This document shows positions 7,560 through 18,376 of a stretch of 32,000 nt of DNA, in pieces (positions within the stretch are counted from its first letter, which is position 1; every line of letters starts with the position of its first letter). Origin of the DNA: Trichodesmium erythraeum IMS101 (GTDB lineage: Bacteria; Cyanobacteriota; Cyanobacteriia; Cyanobacteriales; Microcoleaceae); contig NC_008312.1 in the NCBI RefSeq assembly GCF_000014265.1, positions 4,680,001 through 4,712,000 of the forward strand. Reading direction: 5' to 3'. The translations under genes were made by a program, and so were the position numbers. A model generated the notes under the pieces. That model was not told the DNA's origin and ran no database searches. It saw nothing but the letters and a program-made list of their open reading frames with translations.

Positions 7560-8840
7560 CTGACGACTCCTTGTTCAATAATATTTTGACATCCTCCCCG
7601 GCTATTAGGCATGGGGTAGGGGGTTATTGTAAACCGAAACTCCAATACAGTTTGACTTTTAATTGACTTCTGCAATTTTTGGTCGTGAGGACGAAACTTG
7701 CACTTGCCTTAGACTTACCTCCACGTCCGTTTTTTTCTGGTGACTGCCTGCCTGCGACTAATATATCTACTGCTGCATTTTGATCACGTTCGTGTTTAGC
7801 ACCACAGTTGAGAGACTCCCATTCACGAATTAATAAATCTAATTTTCCTCCTTTAACATCAAATACAGCTAGAGTAAATTTGAAATGTTAGTTCTCAACG
7901 TCGAATTACTCTATGACTGCGGCTATATTTTTTTGCCTTTCCTTCTAACAAGGTTTCGGCATTACTTCATAACCATTCATTAGAGACCCAAACCTCTTGG
8001 GGACGGGTTACGCTTTTGACCACTAAAGAAACATATAATACCTCTACAAAAATCAATTGTTTGGTTTTCACTAATTATTTTAGTAGATAATTTATCCATA
8101 AAATCTGTTTTTATGTTCTTTTGTTTCCCATGAAATTTAGCAATTTTAACTTGTGCATTTTTATATTGTTTAAAACCCCCTACTTTTTTAGATAAATACT
8201 TACCTAACACGTTACACAGATCCTATGAAAGAGGGCACTTACTGATTAATCTTTTTCTTTAAGAGTTTTTGTGCATGAATTTTATTACTTTTACTCAAAG
8301 TAGCAAAAGTTTTAATACCTAAATAATTATCTACTTAATCATCAGTTTTAGGAATGTTTTCTAGATTAATTTATCTTACAAAACTTAATAAATATCTATT
8401 AGTAGAGTATTTAATAATACTTACTGATGATACTTAATCCTTACAACTTTCTCAACCAAACTACTCTTAATTTCCAAACTTTAAGCTATATTAGGAAATT
8501 TATGCTGAATAACTTTCAACCCTGACCGGACCTAACAGTTTGCATATAACTTCAAAGTTTTAAATTTAGGAGATTTAACAGGTTGACTTTTAGTTGATCT
8601 AAAAAAGTTTTGATAGACTTGGTTTAAATCATTTACACATTACTGCAATGGTATAGTAGAAACTTATGATAACTATTTTCTATCTTGAGTCTTTTTAGCT
8701 TGAGTAATAAACTGTTTTTCTAGTGTAGCGGGGGAGTTAACAGGCTTCTTCTCTCCTAATAATTACTTTTTATAATCATAAAGCTAGACTATCATTCAAC
8801 ACAAAATGGACACAGCTATTATGAGCTTTGCACTATCAGT
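7560..8840 (-). pseudogene. tnpB: Degraded IS200/IS605-family tnpB (OrfB/IS1341-type RNA-guided nuclease) element, with many stops and frameshifts
   Basis: Minus-strand pieces match TnpB in order. N-terminal: ...VNDLNQVYQNFF..STKSQPVKSPKFKT... Middle: ...LGIKTFATLSKSNKIHAQKLLKKK... and KNAQVKIAKFHGKQKNIKTDFMDKLSTKIISENQTI (ORF 7980-8210). C-terminal: LEGKAKKYSRSHRVI... and REWESLNCGAKHERDQNAAVDIL, the zinc-finger/RuvC-III region. The frame ends near 7624. There is no tnpA. Confidence 0.7.
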
Positions 8841-8862
8841 ATTTTCGCTTATGGCCGATGTT

Positions 8863-9375
8863 TTAAACCGAATTTTTTGGTAAAATACTATTAATAATTC
8901 CAGTAGTAGAAGTTGGCACTTCTATTTGAATTATAGATACTTTACCACCATAATTTTTTACTTTTTGAGCTTCTGGTAATGTTTCAACAGAATAATCGCC
9001 ACCTTTAACATAAATATCAGGTTTAAGTCGTTCTATTATTTTAGTAGCAGTAGTTTCATTAAAAATTACTACTCCATCAACCGGTTTGAGAGCTGCTAAA
9101 ACTTCAGCCCGTTGGGTTTGTGGTATAATTGGTCGCATTGGGTATCCCTCTTTTTGGGGTTTAAGATTTTGCACTGACCAATCACTATTTAATCCTACTA
9201 TAAGCGATCGCCCTAGAGACTTAGTTGCCCACAAATAACGAACATGTCCAGCATGAATTAAGTCGAAGCACCCATTTGTAAATACTAAAGGTCGCCAAAA
9301 AGTTGCTTGAGAATTAATTAGTTGTTCTAGTTCAGTTAAATTGTATAGGCCAGAAATTAGTTTTTGGGAGTCCAT
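8863..9375 (-). CDS. rfaE2: D-glycero-beta-D-manno-heptose 1-phosphate adenylyltransferase (RfaE domain II / cytidylyltransferase-like)
   Basis: 170-aa ORF with VFTNGCFDLIHAGHVRYL (HxGH nucleotidyltransferase motif), IVGLNSD.SV, RPI, DIYVKGGDY and STTGII. Confidence 0.85.
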   Translation of the reverse strand: MDSQKLISGLYNLTELEQLINSQATFWRPLVFTNGCFDLIHAGHVRYLWATKSLGRSLIVGLNSDWSVQNLKPQKEGYPMRPIIPQTQRAEVLAALKPVDGVVIFNETTATKIIERLKPDIYVKGGDYSVETLPEAQKVKNYGGKVSIIQIEVPTSTTGIINSILPKNSV

Positions 9376-9896
9376 TTTTTCTTATGTCCCTTGATACTTC
9401 ACCTTAATTTATATCTTCTTCAGTAGGTGTTTGATATTTATGTTCAAAAGCATAATGAACTAAACTGGGAGAGAAAATATTTCAATGAGGGCTTTCTCAT
9501 GATTTTACTCAAATGAGTTTATACATTTCGAGGACCAAGGATCAAGCGATCGCTAATCTGCTTATTTGTCAAATGTAGAAATAGAGAATACAAGTATAGC
9601 AAAGTTGTTGATAATTGGTATAATTCGATAGCAATGGCCTGGAAGTTTAGGAATATATAATCAAAGAGAAAGAAGCATAAAGCTACAATTAAACTCATCC
9701 AAAACAAAACAAGTCTAATAATGAGTTAAATTAGAAATAAAAATACTAAATATAATTTAAAGTAAAATGCCAAAAATTTGGTAAATTAATGTTAGTAAAT
9801 ATCCCATAAAAAAGTAATGCATGATGTAAAAAATGATTAAGTAAGGGGATGATAAAAAGCCCTAGTCAATGGTACTATCTGTCCAATATCCGAGAA

Positions 9897-10360
9897 TATA
9901 AGCACTCAAAATTCAAGATAAAAAGGATGAATTGATTTAATTTATTTAGATAAAAGTTAGTTTTTTTGAAACATTATTCCTCTTAATAACTACTAGAGAT
10001 AAGTAGAAGAATAACTTGTAAAAGTTTTAAGATAAAGCAATAAATTTTATGAGATTAATGAATTGCAAATAAGGAATTATCGCACTTCCATAGTCAAGGG
10101 AAATCTTAATAGTAAAGTATTGATTAAGCTTTGGAAAAATTTATTCATAAATTTTCTAAAGAAATTTATTTGTTATTAAATAAGGGTCAATTAATACTAA
10201 TGATAGTATACTGAACAAATTACAATAATGGAAGTAAAAAAACTAAAAATATTTGGGTTGCTTACCTAGTAACAGAAACCAAATATAATATAAATAGGAG
10301 ATTAATTAAAAATGAATAGGTTAAAGTAGAAGCTTCAACTGGAAAAGCTTACTTAAATCT
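9897..10360 (+). repeat. Dispersed AT-rich repeat, copy A (~460 bp), homologous to 21746-22225
   Basis: Collinear blocks are shared with copy B: TATAAGCACTC.AAATT.AAGATAAAAA.GAT.AATTGATT.AATTTA; TTCATAAATT.TCT; AAACTAAAAA...GGGTT...ATATAATATA.AAATA...TTAAAGTAGA...GCTTACTT. Confidence 0.6.
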
Positions 10361-11159
10361 ATTAAAAGAGTTCTTAATAAAAAACAGAATAGAATAAGCA
10401 TGCAATGAATCTTGCTTATGCACTTACTAAAAAATAGCAGATGAAATTTCTCATTTTTATTCAAAATTTTACTTAATTTATTGAAATATTATTATAAAAA
10501 AGTGAGTGATTTAAATTAAAATAAGAAACAATATTAAATAGTATATATACCAAACCCATAAAATCTAAGTTTTAAAGAAAAAGTCTAACTTTGTTCATTA
10601 ATAATCAATTAAAATTATATAACTGAATAATTATAGTTTACACACAAAAGCTGAATATTGAGATAAGGTTTGGGAAAAATAGACAATTAGTAATAGTTGC
10701 AGAATATTAATTTTTATATATTTTTCAGGTAAGGGAAAATTTCAAGTGAGGGAATATGAATTGAAATACCAGTACAATATAATTTACCTATTCTATACCT
10801 ATTCTAATTATATGGGGTCTTTAGAAGGTAAATAATTCAGCTTGTATAAATGTGTAATTAATTGTGTGTAACTGCTTAGTAATATAGGCACTTTTTTATG
10901 GGTAATACCACTTAAACTGATTGATCATCATAATTCTGTATTTATTCAACCAACTATAATTAGGACTTAAAAAAAATCTAGTAAAAATTAGAGATGGAAA
11001 AATCTGATGGGCTGTGCTTAAACCCTGTCATAATTGTAAAAACAGAATGCTATTTTGAAATGGGGAAAATATATTTCCACCATCAGTAATAGATTGTATC
11101 TTCAACATTCTTGATCTACTATTTCCAGTAAACTATAACTAAGAACTCAGTAAAATCCC

Positions 11160-12008
11160 ATGAAAGCAACAAGTATCCGTCAATATTCCTCAATAGCTGC
11201 TAGGACTCTGATAATAGTAGGAGTAATTATGATTTTGTCCTCTATACTTGACTTTATAGTCCTATCAGTTCCTTCTAACATAGAGAACATATACAGCAAA
11301 ACATGGCAAATAAATTTAGCAACTCAAATAGTCGATCGGGGGATCATTCCTATGATAGGAATGGCCTTATTATTCACAGGTTACTGGGTAAGAAGTAATT
11401 CCGGCCTTCAAAATAACTCTACATCTTCAATATTAGATTTAAGATTTTGGGCACTTTTACTAGCTAGCTTATTAGCATTGATATATCTACTACTATTTCC
11501 TTTACACTTAAATAATACTCGTTTAGACAAGGCTGAGTTGATTCAACGCATCGAGCAACAAGCAAGCCAAGCTGAAACACAATTAAAAGCTCGTCTAAGT
11601 AGTAATGAATTTAAAAATCAGATCCAGGAAAGACGAACTCAATTGAAAAATCAACTGACTACCTTGCTAGAAGATGAAACTAGGTTAAATGAAGCATTAG
11701 AAAATGAAGAATTACCAGACCAATTAAAAACTTTATTAAAAACATCAAAAACAAACAACAATTCTCAAGCTATCAATGAATTTATCAATGATCAATTCAA
11801 ACAATTACCAAATCAACTTACAATGAGAATTCGTGATCGTAAGCAAGAATTAGAAAAACAAGCTAATAGAAATTCTTTTAAATCTAGTCTCAGAACAGGT
11901 ATAAGCAGTTTACTTTTAGCAGTCGGTTATATTATGATTGGTTGGACAGGATTAAAAAATATGGGAATTATTAAAGGTAAGGGAAGTCGCCAAAATCCCG
12001 CTAGGTAA
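11160..12008 (+). CDS. Integral membrane protein with a central coiled-coil (HpsJ-like, hormogonium polysaccharide locus family; the family assignment is from memory)
   Basis: 282-aa ORF with an N-terminal TM (TLIIVGVIMILSSILDFIVL), the motif QIVDRGIIPMIGMALLFTGYW, a Gln/Glu/Lys-rich helical middle and a C-terminal TM. It sits upstream of a GT2 gene. Confidence 0.6.
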   Translation: MKATSIRQYSSIAARTLIIVGVIMILSSILDFIVLSVPSNIENIYSKTWQINLATQIVDRGIIPMIGMALLFTGYWVRSNSGLQNNSTSSILDLRFWALLLASLLALIYLLLFPLHLNNTRLDKAELIQRIEQQASQAETQLKARLSSNEFKNQIQERRTQLKNQLTTLLEDETRLNEALENEELPDQLKTLLKTSKTNNNSQAINEFINDQFKQLPNQLTMRIRDRKQELEKQANRNSFKSSLRTGISSLLLAVGYIMIGWTGLKNMGIIKGKGSRQNPAR

Positions 12009-12415
12009 TTACAAAGCAGTACATCACAATTACAATAGAAATCAGCAAAAGTAAATTAATAGTACTGAAAGAGAAAGTGTTAACTTAAACTTAATGCCCA
12101 ATACCTTACCAATTGGATATTTATTTATAGCAGATTTCATCTGAGTAAGCTATAGCTGTTGCGGTCAAGATGCCGATGATAAAAAGGTTTGATTTAAACT
12201 CCACCGACCATGGGATGTCTTCTTTAATACTTGTACTTCATACACTTAGAATCTGCTGTAATTTAATTACCTAATTTAATATTTAAGTAAGTACACAAAA
12301 TTAGTTACACATCTATACAAACTAATTATTTGCGTTTTAAAGATTGCAAAGAACTAGAATAAGTAAATAATTTTGTTTAAGTACTTATAAAAGAGCAATT
12401 GCTAAAATTAATAAA

Positions 12416-13294
12416 ATGTTCTCAATTTATATACTGACTTACAATGAGGAAATAGATATTGCTGCTTGTATTAAGTCAGCAATGCTGTCAGATGACATTA
12501 TAATAGTTGACTCCTTTAGTAGTGATCGGACAATAGAAATAGCTCAATCTTATCCTGTAAGAATAGTCCAAAACAAATTTAAAAGCCATGGACAACAAAG
12601 AACATGGATGTTACAGGAAATTAGTGCCAAATATGAGTGGGTCTATATCCTAGAAGCAGATGAACGGATAACCCCAGATCTATTTAATGAATGCCTAAAA
12701 GCAGTCCAAAGTGAAAAATATATTGGGTATTACGTCGCAGAACGAGTGATATTTATGGGAACTTGGATTCGCCATAGCACACAATATCCCCGCTATCAGA
12801 TGCGCCTATTTCGTAAGGATAAAGTCTGGTTTAGTGACTATGGTCACACAGAACGAGAAGTTTGCGACGGTCCCACAAGTTTTTTGCAAGAAACTTACCC
12901 CCATTATACCTGTAGTAAAGGTATGTATCGTTGGATAGAAAAGCACAATCGCTATTCTACAGATGAAGCTTCTGAAACAGTTAAACAACTAGAAAAAGGA
13001 AGCATATCTTGGAAAAGCCTATTTTTGGGCGGGTCTGAAGTAGAGAGAAGACGTGCTCTAAAAGATTTTTCCCTACGCTTGCCTTTGAGACCAATAGTTC
13101 GTTTTATATATATGTATATTTTTCTCAGGGGATTTCTTGATGGCCAAGCTGGATTAGCTTGGTGTACCTTGCAAGCTTTCTATGAATATCTCATAATAAT
13201 TAAAGTCTGGGAAATGAAAAATATGCCTGCACCATCATTAACTTCAGCTGTCGATACCAATTCGCCAAAATTAGAAATAGAGGCACAAAGGTGA
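12416..13294 (+). CDS. Family 2 glycosyltransferase
   Basis: The N-terminus IYILTYNEEIDIAACIKS...IIIVDSFSSDRTIEIA and the later EADE motif are typical of GT2 (GT-A fold, DxD-like). 292 aa. Confidence 0.85.
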   Translation: MFSIYILTYNEEIDIAACIKSAMLSDDIIIVDSFSSDRTIEIAQSYPVRIVQNKFKSHGQQRTWMLQEISAKYEWVYILEADERITPDLFNECLKAVQSEKYIGYYVAERVIFMGTWIRHSTQYPRYQMRLFRKDKVWFSDYGHTEREVCDGPTSFLQETYPHYTCSKGMYRWIEKHNRYSTDEASETVKQLEKGSISWKSLFLGGSEVERRRALKDFSLRLPLRPIVRFIYMYIFLRGFLDGQAGLAWCTLQAFYEYLIIIKVWEMKNMPAPSLTSAVDTNSPKLEIEAQR

Positions 13295-13299
13295 AAGTT

Positions 13300-14070
13300 A
13301 AACTAAGGAATCCCATTTTCAGTTTCCCTTTATAGGGTCTGCTTGTTTTCAGAACTGGAAGTCAAGCTTTTACTTCATCTGGCTTTCTCTGCTAAATGTC
13401 CCTTTCCACGGGTATACTCAAAGACCTCCTACCTCAGACCTAATAGGCTTTTCCAAAAATGCCGATTTTGGAACGGCGGAGCAAGGAGTTGATAACCTTG
13501 TCTGGAGATGTCTAATAATTCCTAACGGTTAACTGCTTGTATATCCTTGGCAGTTTTCGAGTCATGGGAGTATTGTTGGAGTAACTACTTATTTTTGATT
13601 GCGTTACTACCCCACCCTCCGAACTTAGAGTAACGTGGTCAACCTCAATACTTAACCAGGACTTGTAACGCTCTGTCATACATCCCTAGGATGCCTAACG
13701 GGCGCTTTTCGTCTTTACCTTAGTTTGATATTGGTGACTCTTTCAGCTCGCCTTTAGGTTTTATATAGATTTACTAATTTTAGTCGCTGCTTAGGTGGGA
13801 GACTTTTAATTCCATCTATCCCGGCGGTTTTCTTATCTTGGTTTTCCTGACACACAAGTCTAACAGCTAGGAACAAGGGGTAATAACTTTTGGTCAGAAG
13901 TCTTTAGTATTTAGAGTGTAAAGCGGATTTCACTACGGTTGGACGCTCTGTAAATTAACTTTTGCAACTTAAATACCTTCTTCAATAGCCTTTTTCCAGT
14001 CTATGTCCTTCCATTTAAGACTAGGATTGACACTTGCCTAAGACGGTAAAATGTTCCGTGTCCCATCATA
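13300..14070 (-). pseudogene. Group II intron reverse transcriptase/maturase relic (N-terminal RT domains only, multiply frameshifted)
   Basis: Minus-strand fragments in order: KDIDWKKAIEE, VFKLQKLIYRAS, LLDLCVRKTKIRKPPG.MELK (compare AVRRVTQ.N.GK.TAGVDG), GKDEKRPLGILGMYDRALQVLVKY (compare RPLGIPT..DRA.Q.L.K), SKFGGWGSNAIKNK (compare SYGFRPGRS) and SHDS..AKDIQ. Stops are present in every frame. Confidence 0.65.
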
Positions 14071-14428
14071 CCCTTAAAAAGGATTTTGATTTTTTCTCTG
14101 ATATTTAAGGTGAAAAAATCAGAGACTCTGTGAGAAAGTTTAGTAAATTATGGGGAGATATTTTAAGAGCTGTTTAATCTTACTGGGGGGACTCCTCTTA
14201 AATATTTCTTTAGAAAAATTACCACTACTTTGACAGAGCAACAATTATACTAAAAAATCTAATGCACTATTTTTAGCTGTTTCAGTCTACTACTGTGCAT
14301 TATTAACAAATACTTATAGCGGCTGATTCATAGCTGGAAAAAAAGTAAATGTTAAGTTCAAAGTTTATCATTAAAAATACATCCAGTTACAGTCGCAAAT
14401 CTACACCAGAATCTGAGTAAATTAAACT

Positions 14429-16336
14429 ATGCATCTAAGCGAAATTACTCATCCTAAACAGTTACACAATCTTTCAATTCATCAACTAGAAGAAATTGCT
14501 AGACAAATACGAGAGAAACATCTAGAAACAGTTGCCACAAGTGGAGGCCATCTAGGTCCAGGGTTAGGAGTTGTAGAGCTGACATTAGGTCTCTACCAAA
14601 CTCTCAATCTAGATCGGGACAAAGTTATTTGGGATGTAGGCCATCAAGCTTATCCTCATAAAATTATCACAGGTCGATATCACAATTTCCATACTTTGCG
14701 ACAAAAAGATGGTATTGCAGGTTATTTAAAACGATGTGAAAGTAAATTCGACCATTTTGGTGCTGGTCATGCCTCTACAAGTATCTCTGCTGGTTTGGGG
14801 ATGGCCTTAGCCAGAGATATGAAAGGAGATAACTTTAAAGTAGTTTCCATTATTGGGGATGGTGCTTTAACTGGTGGTATGGCTTTAGAAGCCATTAACC
14901 ATGCAGGTCACTTACCCAAAACTAACATACTAGTTGTGTTAAACGATAACGAGATGTCCATTTCTCCTAACGTAGGTGCAATTTCTCGCTATCTCAACAA
15001 AATGCGCTTATCCCCACCGATACAGTTTCTTCAGGATAACTTAGAAGAACAATTCAAACAGATTCCTTTTGTTGGTGAAACCTTTACACCAGAAATGGAA
15101 GGCCTCAAAGGAGGAATGAAGCGTTTAGCAGTGTCAAAAGTGGGGGCTGTAATTGAAGAATTGGGCTTTACCTATATGGGTCCTGTTGATGGGCATAATT
15201 TAGAAGAATTAATTACAACTTTCAACCAAGCTCATCAAATTCCCGGACCAGTATTAGTTCATGTTGCCACAACTAAGGGTAAAGGATACCCAGTTGCTGA
15301 AGAGGATAAAGTTAGTTATCATGCTCAAAATCCCTTTAATTTGGCCACGGGTAAAGCTTTACCAGCAAGTAAGCCAAAGCCTCCTAAATACTCTAAAGTT
15401 TTTGCCCATACTTTGGTGAAACTTGCGGAAAATAACCCCAAAATTATTGGTATTACTGCTGCTATGGCAACTGGCACAGGTTTAGATAAACTTCATGGGA
15501 AACTGCCAAAACAATATATAGATGTTGGTATTGCAGAACAACATGCTGTGACTTTGGCAGCAGGTTTAGCTTCTGAAGGAATGCGACCAGTGGTTTGTAT
15601 TTATTCAACTTTCTTGCAACGAGCTTATGACCAAATTATCCATGATGTCTGTATTCAAAAGTTACCTGTATTCTTCTGTTTAGACCGTGCTGGTATTGTA
15701 GGTGCAGATGGTCCGACTCACCAGGGAATGTATGATATTGCTTATTTACGTTGTATCCCAAATATGGTAGTTATGGCGCCTAAGGATGAGGGTGAGTTAC
15801 AACGGATGGTGTTGACTGGTATTAAACATACGGATGGGGCGATCGCTATGCGTTATCCTCGTGGTAATGGTTATGGTGTGCCTCTGATGGAAGAGGGTTG
15901 GGAAGCTATTACTATTGGTAAGGGTGAGATTCTGCGGAATGGTGATGATGTGCTGATATTAGGTTATGGGTCTATGGTCTATTCGGCTATGCAAACAGCA
16001 GAAATTCTCAGCGAGCATGGTGTTGCTGCTACTGTCGTAAATGCTCGTTTTGTCAAGCCTTTGGATACAGAATTAATTCTACCTTTGGCACAACGCATTG
16101 GTCAGGTTGTGACTATGGAGGAAGGTTGTTTGATGGGTGGTTTTGGTTCGGCAGTTACGGAAGCATTGATGGATAATAATGTACTTGTACCTGTTTTACG
16201 TTTGGGTGTACCTGATAAGTTGGTGGATCATGCTAAACCTGATGAGTCGAAGGCTGATTTGGGTTTGACTCCTTCTCAAATGGCAGAACGTATTTTGCAG
16301 AGTTTTAAGCCTAGGTTATCGACTATTAATGTTTAA
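14429..16336 (+). CDS. dxs: 1-deoxy-D-xylulose-5-phosphate synthase
   Basis: 635-aa ORF. It has the canonical N-terminus [21 protein letters not shown], the ThDP motif [18 protein letters not shown]...[14 protein letters not shown] and a transketolase-like C-terminal domain. Confidence 0.97.
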   Translation: MHLSEITHPKQLHNLSIHQLEEIARQIREKHLETVATSGGHLGPGLGVVELTLGLYQTLNLDRDKVIWDVGHQAYPHKIITGRYHNFHTLRQKDGIAGYLKRCESKFDHFGAGHASTSISAGLGMALARDMKGDNFKVVSIIGDGALTGGMALEAINHAGHLPKTNILVVLNDNEMSISPNVGAISRYLNKMRLSPPIQFLQDNLEEQFKQIPFVGETFTPEMEGLKGGMKRLAVSKVGAVIEELGFTYMGPVDGHNLEELITTFNQAHQIPGPVLVHVATTKGKGYPVAEEDKVSYHAQNPFNLATGKALPASKPKPPKYSKVFAHTLVKLAENNPKIIGITAAMATGTGLDKLHGKLPKQYIDVGIAEQHAVTLAAGLASEGMRPVVCIYSTFLQRAYDQIIHDVCIQKLPVFFCLDRAGIVGADGPTHQGMYDIAYLRCIPNMVVMAPKDEGELQRMVLTGIKHTDGAIAMRYPRGNGYGVPLMEEGWEAITIGKGEILRNGDDVLILGYGSMVYSAMQTAEILSEHGVAATVVNARFVKPLDTELILPLAQRIGQVVTMEEGCLMGGFGSAVTEALMDNNVLVPVLRLGVPDKLVDHAKPDESKADLGLTPSQMAERILQSFKPRLSTINV

Positions 16337-16394
16337 TAGAGTTGTTGGAAGTCTTAAATAGACTTCTGGTAAAAAGTTAATCTAGGGAGGTTCC

Positions 16395-17165
16395 ATGTTT
16401 ATTTGGGTATTGGTAAAATGAAGGAATGAATTAAGCTTGAATGGGCACTTCTCCAAATTTGAGAAGCGTGATATCAATAGACCAATAGAATATTTGAGTA
16501 TATCAATGCATTTTGAATAACACAAGGTTTTGCGATGGAAGCGACCTTGGGGTCGTGTAAGTGGGTGTTTTCCCCTTAGAAGTTGCTCATAGAGGTCCTA
16601 CTTACAATCTTTTCTCCATTAGGTATCAAGCCTGGATAAACATGAGTGCCATAAGTAACCCAAAAGCAACACTGCCAACAAACGTTAGCAAAGCTTAACC
16701 TCATCAATAGCCTGCCATAGCGGTTGAAAAGTATCAGCACTGTGGTGTCCCATTATCCAACTCAGAATTCCTGGACGGAAATGGTTTAGCAAGGTCTAGA
16801 ACCACACCTTGTTTTTCTTACAACCAACAAAGGTTGCGAGTTCATTAAGTTTTTCCACTTGGGTTAGTTTATCTGGGTCATAGCTATCAGATAAGCGTTC
16901 CCCAGTGTGTTTTATCTAATTGATCAGGCGTTAAATTTGTCGTCCCTCTCACTCTGGCAATTTCTCTAATACCCATACCGTTGACATACATTCTCAGATA
17001 TAGCCACTTGATATCATCGCTGTATCTTCGTGGTTGAACTGGCTTGATGAACTGACGAGTACAAGCGACGCACATAAGGTTCTAGTTGCCCCATTGATAG
17101 CCCTTGTTTTCGGATGTGCTGGCTGCTATATTTAGCATATTTATGGGCTTATCTCTCATAATGGT
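16395..17165 (-). pseudogene. IS1-family transposase pseudogene (relic 1)
   Basis: Minus-strand pieces: ..CVACTRQFI....RRYSDDIKWLYLRMYVNGMGIREIARV (ORF 16887-17075, zinc-finger plus HTH part), LNELATFVGCKKNKVWF, LSWIMGHHSADTFQPLW and RKTLCYSKCIDILKYSIGLLI (C-terminal IS1 signature). They are interrupted by stops and frameshifts. Confidence 0.65.
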
Positions 17166-17943
17166 TAGTGACGTTAACTATCATGAAGCAACAATAGATT
17201 CATTCTGCTATCTACCAACCTCTCTTATCTGTATTAACTAGTTAAGTAGGAAAAACTAAATTTATGTAAAAGGAGAAATAATGGACAATTAGATACACCG
17301 CAACTATCGCTAAATTAAAGTGTATCAGATCACAGGTTCAATTGACGCTGAGAGCCAAGAAGTGAATCTTGCAAAAATTTGGGAAACTGAAGTTGTTGAG
17401 GATATTCGCCCTACCTTTCTGGAACACTTAGCAATCTTTTCTATTAATTAATAACTCACACCTCACCAATAGCTTGCCTTTGCCAAGCAGGTTGTTGATA
17501 TAATGGAATACCAACTGCTTGAATAATTGCCTGAATGTTCGCAGATCACACCGGTGCTAAAGTTGGAGCATGAGCGGGCAAACTTTGGATATCTGGGGTA
17601 TTCTGATACCATATATCTAGAGTATCCGCCAATGGGGAGTATCCTCTAGGCTGTTAATCAGGGTTAAGATAAAGACACGATATATAGTGCATGGTAATTT
17701 AGTAACCTTCACGCTCTGGGAGTCATTAGGCCCGGCGCTCCTATACACTCCATGCGATCGCTGAACTATTTTTATGAGAGTCATCGCGAAATAGAGGAAA
17801 AAAATCGCTCCAACCTAGACAAAACAATAATTTAAAGTTTTTTTTGCTTGCCAATAGCCACAATCTTTACACAACAAAGTTTTTGGTAATTTTTTAAGTT
17901 ATCAAGGGACAAGTATATTATATAAAATCCGGTTATATAGTTA

Positions 17944-18347
17944 ATGTATATAGATTTCGGAACTTCTGGTGGAGATGATTTGATTTATGTTAATGATGAT
18001 TATTATTGGAAGAATAAAACTAAAAAAACAGATTTAAAAAACAGGATTTGGATATTATTTGGGAGACTTGTTAGAGGTAGGGGAAAGACTAAAGAAAAAA
18101 CCTATTATATAAGGCCAATACTAAATTTATTGAAGTAACTTACAATATATTATATCACTTTATCACTGATTATCCAAGGGAAGCAAGTAAAATTAATGAA
18201 CGCTTTATAGAAAATATCCATCAACCCTCTAAAACCAAATTCATAAGAGGATTTAGCTTAATTTTAGATGATACTGGTCATTGCAAAATTTTAAATTCAT
18301 ATCTGAGATTCTATCCGGAAAATAGCACCAATAGCTTGAGACATTAG
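17944..18347 (+). pseudogene. Possible IS701/IS4-like transposase N-terminal fragment (frameshifted)
   Basis: The frame ending at 18347 reads ...ITDYPREASKINERFIENI....IRGFSLILDDTGHCK... This resembles the conserved L(I/V)(I/L)DDTG..K block (first catalytic D) of IS701-type DDE transposases. Upstream ORF 17944-18138 is in a different frame. Confidence 0.3.
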
Positions 18348-18376
18348 GAAACTTCCATGATTTCCTAGTAGGAGCT

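Noticed and set aside
7980-8210. 76-aa minus-strand ORF as an independent gene
   Set aside because: It is just the longest surviving open stretch of the decayed tnpB (the KI.N.R.DF..KLS block). The flanking homologous segments are in other frames with stops.
9519-9707. 62-aa minus-strand ORF (hydrophobic, F/L/I-rich)
   Set aside because: It has no RBS and no motif, and its composition is what AT-rich DNA gives by chance. It lies in a long non-coding spacer.
12086-12235. Minus-strand open frame ...KEDIPWSVEFKSNLFIIGILTATAIAYSDEICYK* that resembles a small TM protein
   Set aside because: There is no ATG/GTG/TTG start in frame after the upstream stop codon. It is probably a chance ORF or a gene fragment.
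12806-12988. 60-aa minus-strand ORF inside the GT2 gene
   Set aside because: It is antisense to a well-supported CDS and has no features.
17450-17790. Minus-strand fragments (MTLIKIVQRS..., ...DTLDIWYQNTPDIQSLPAHAPTLAPV*, ...IQAIIQAVGIPLY...) reminiscent of an alpha/beta-hydrolase C-terminus
   Set aside because: The similarity is only vague, the pieces are in different frames with stops, and I cannot see a nucleophile-elbow or catalytic His motif. I note it only as probable gene debris within the IS graveyard.
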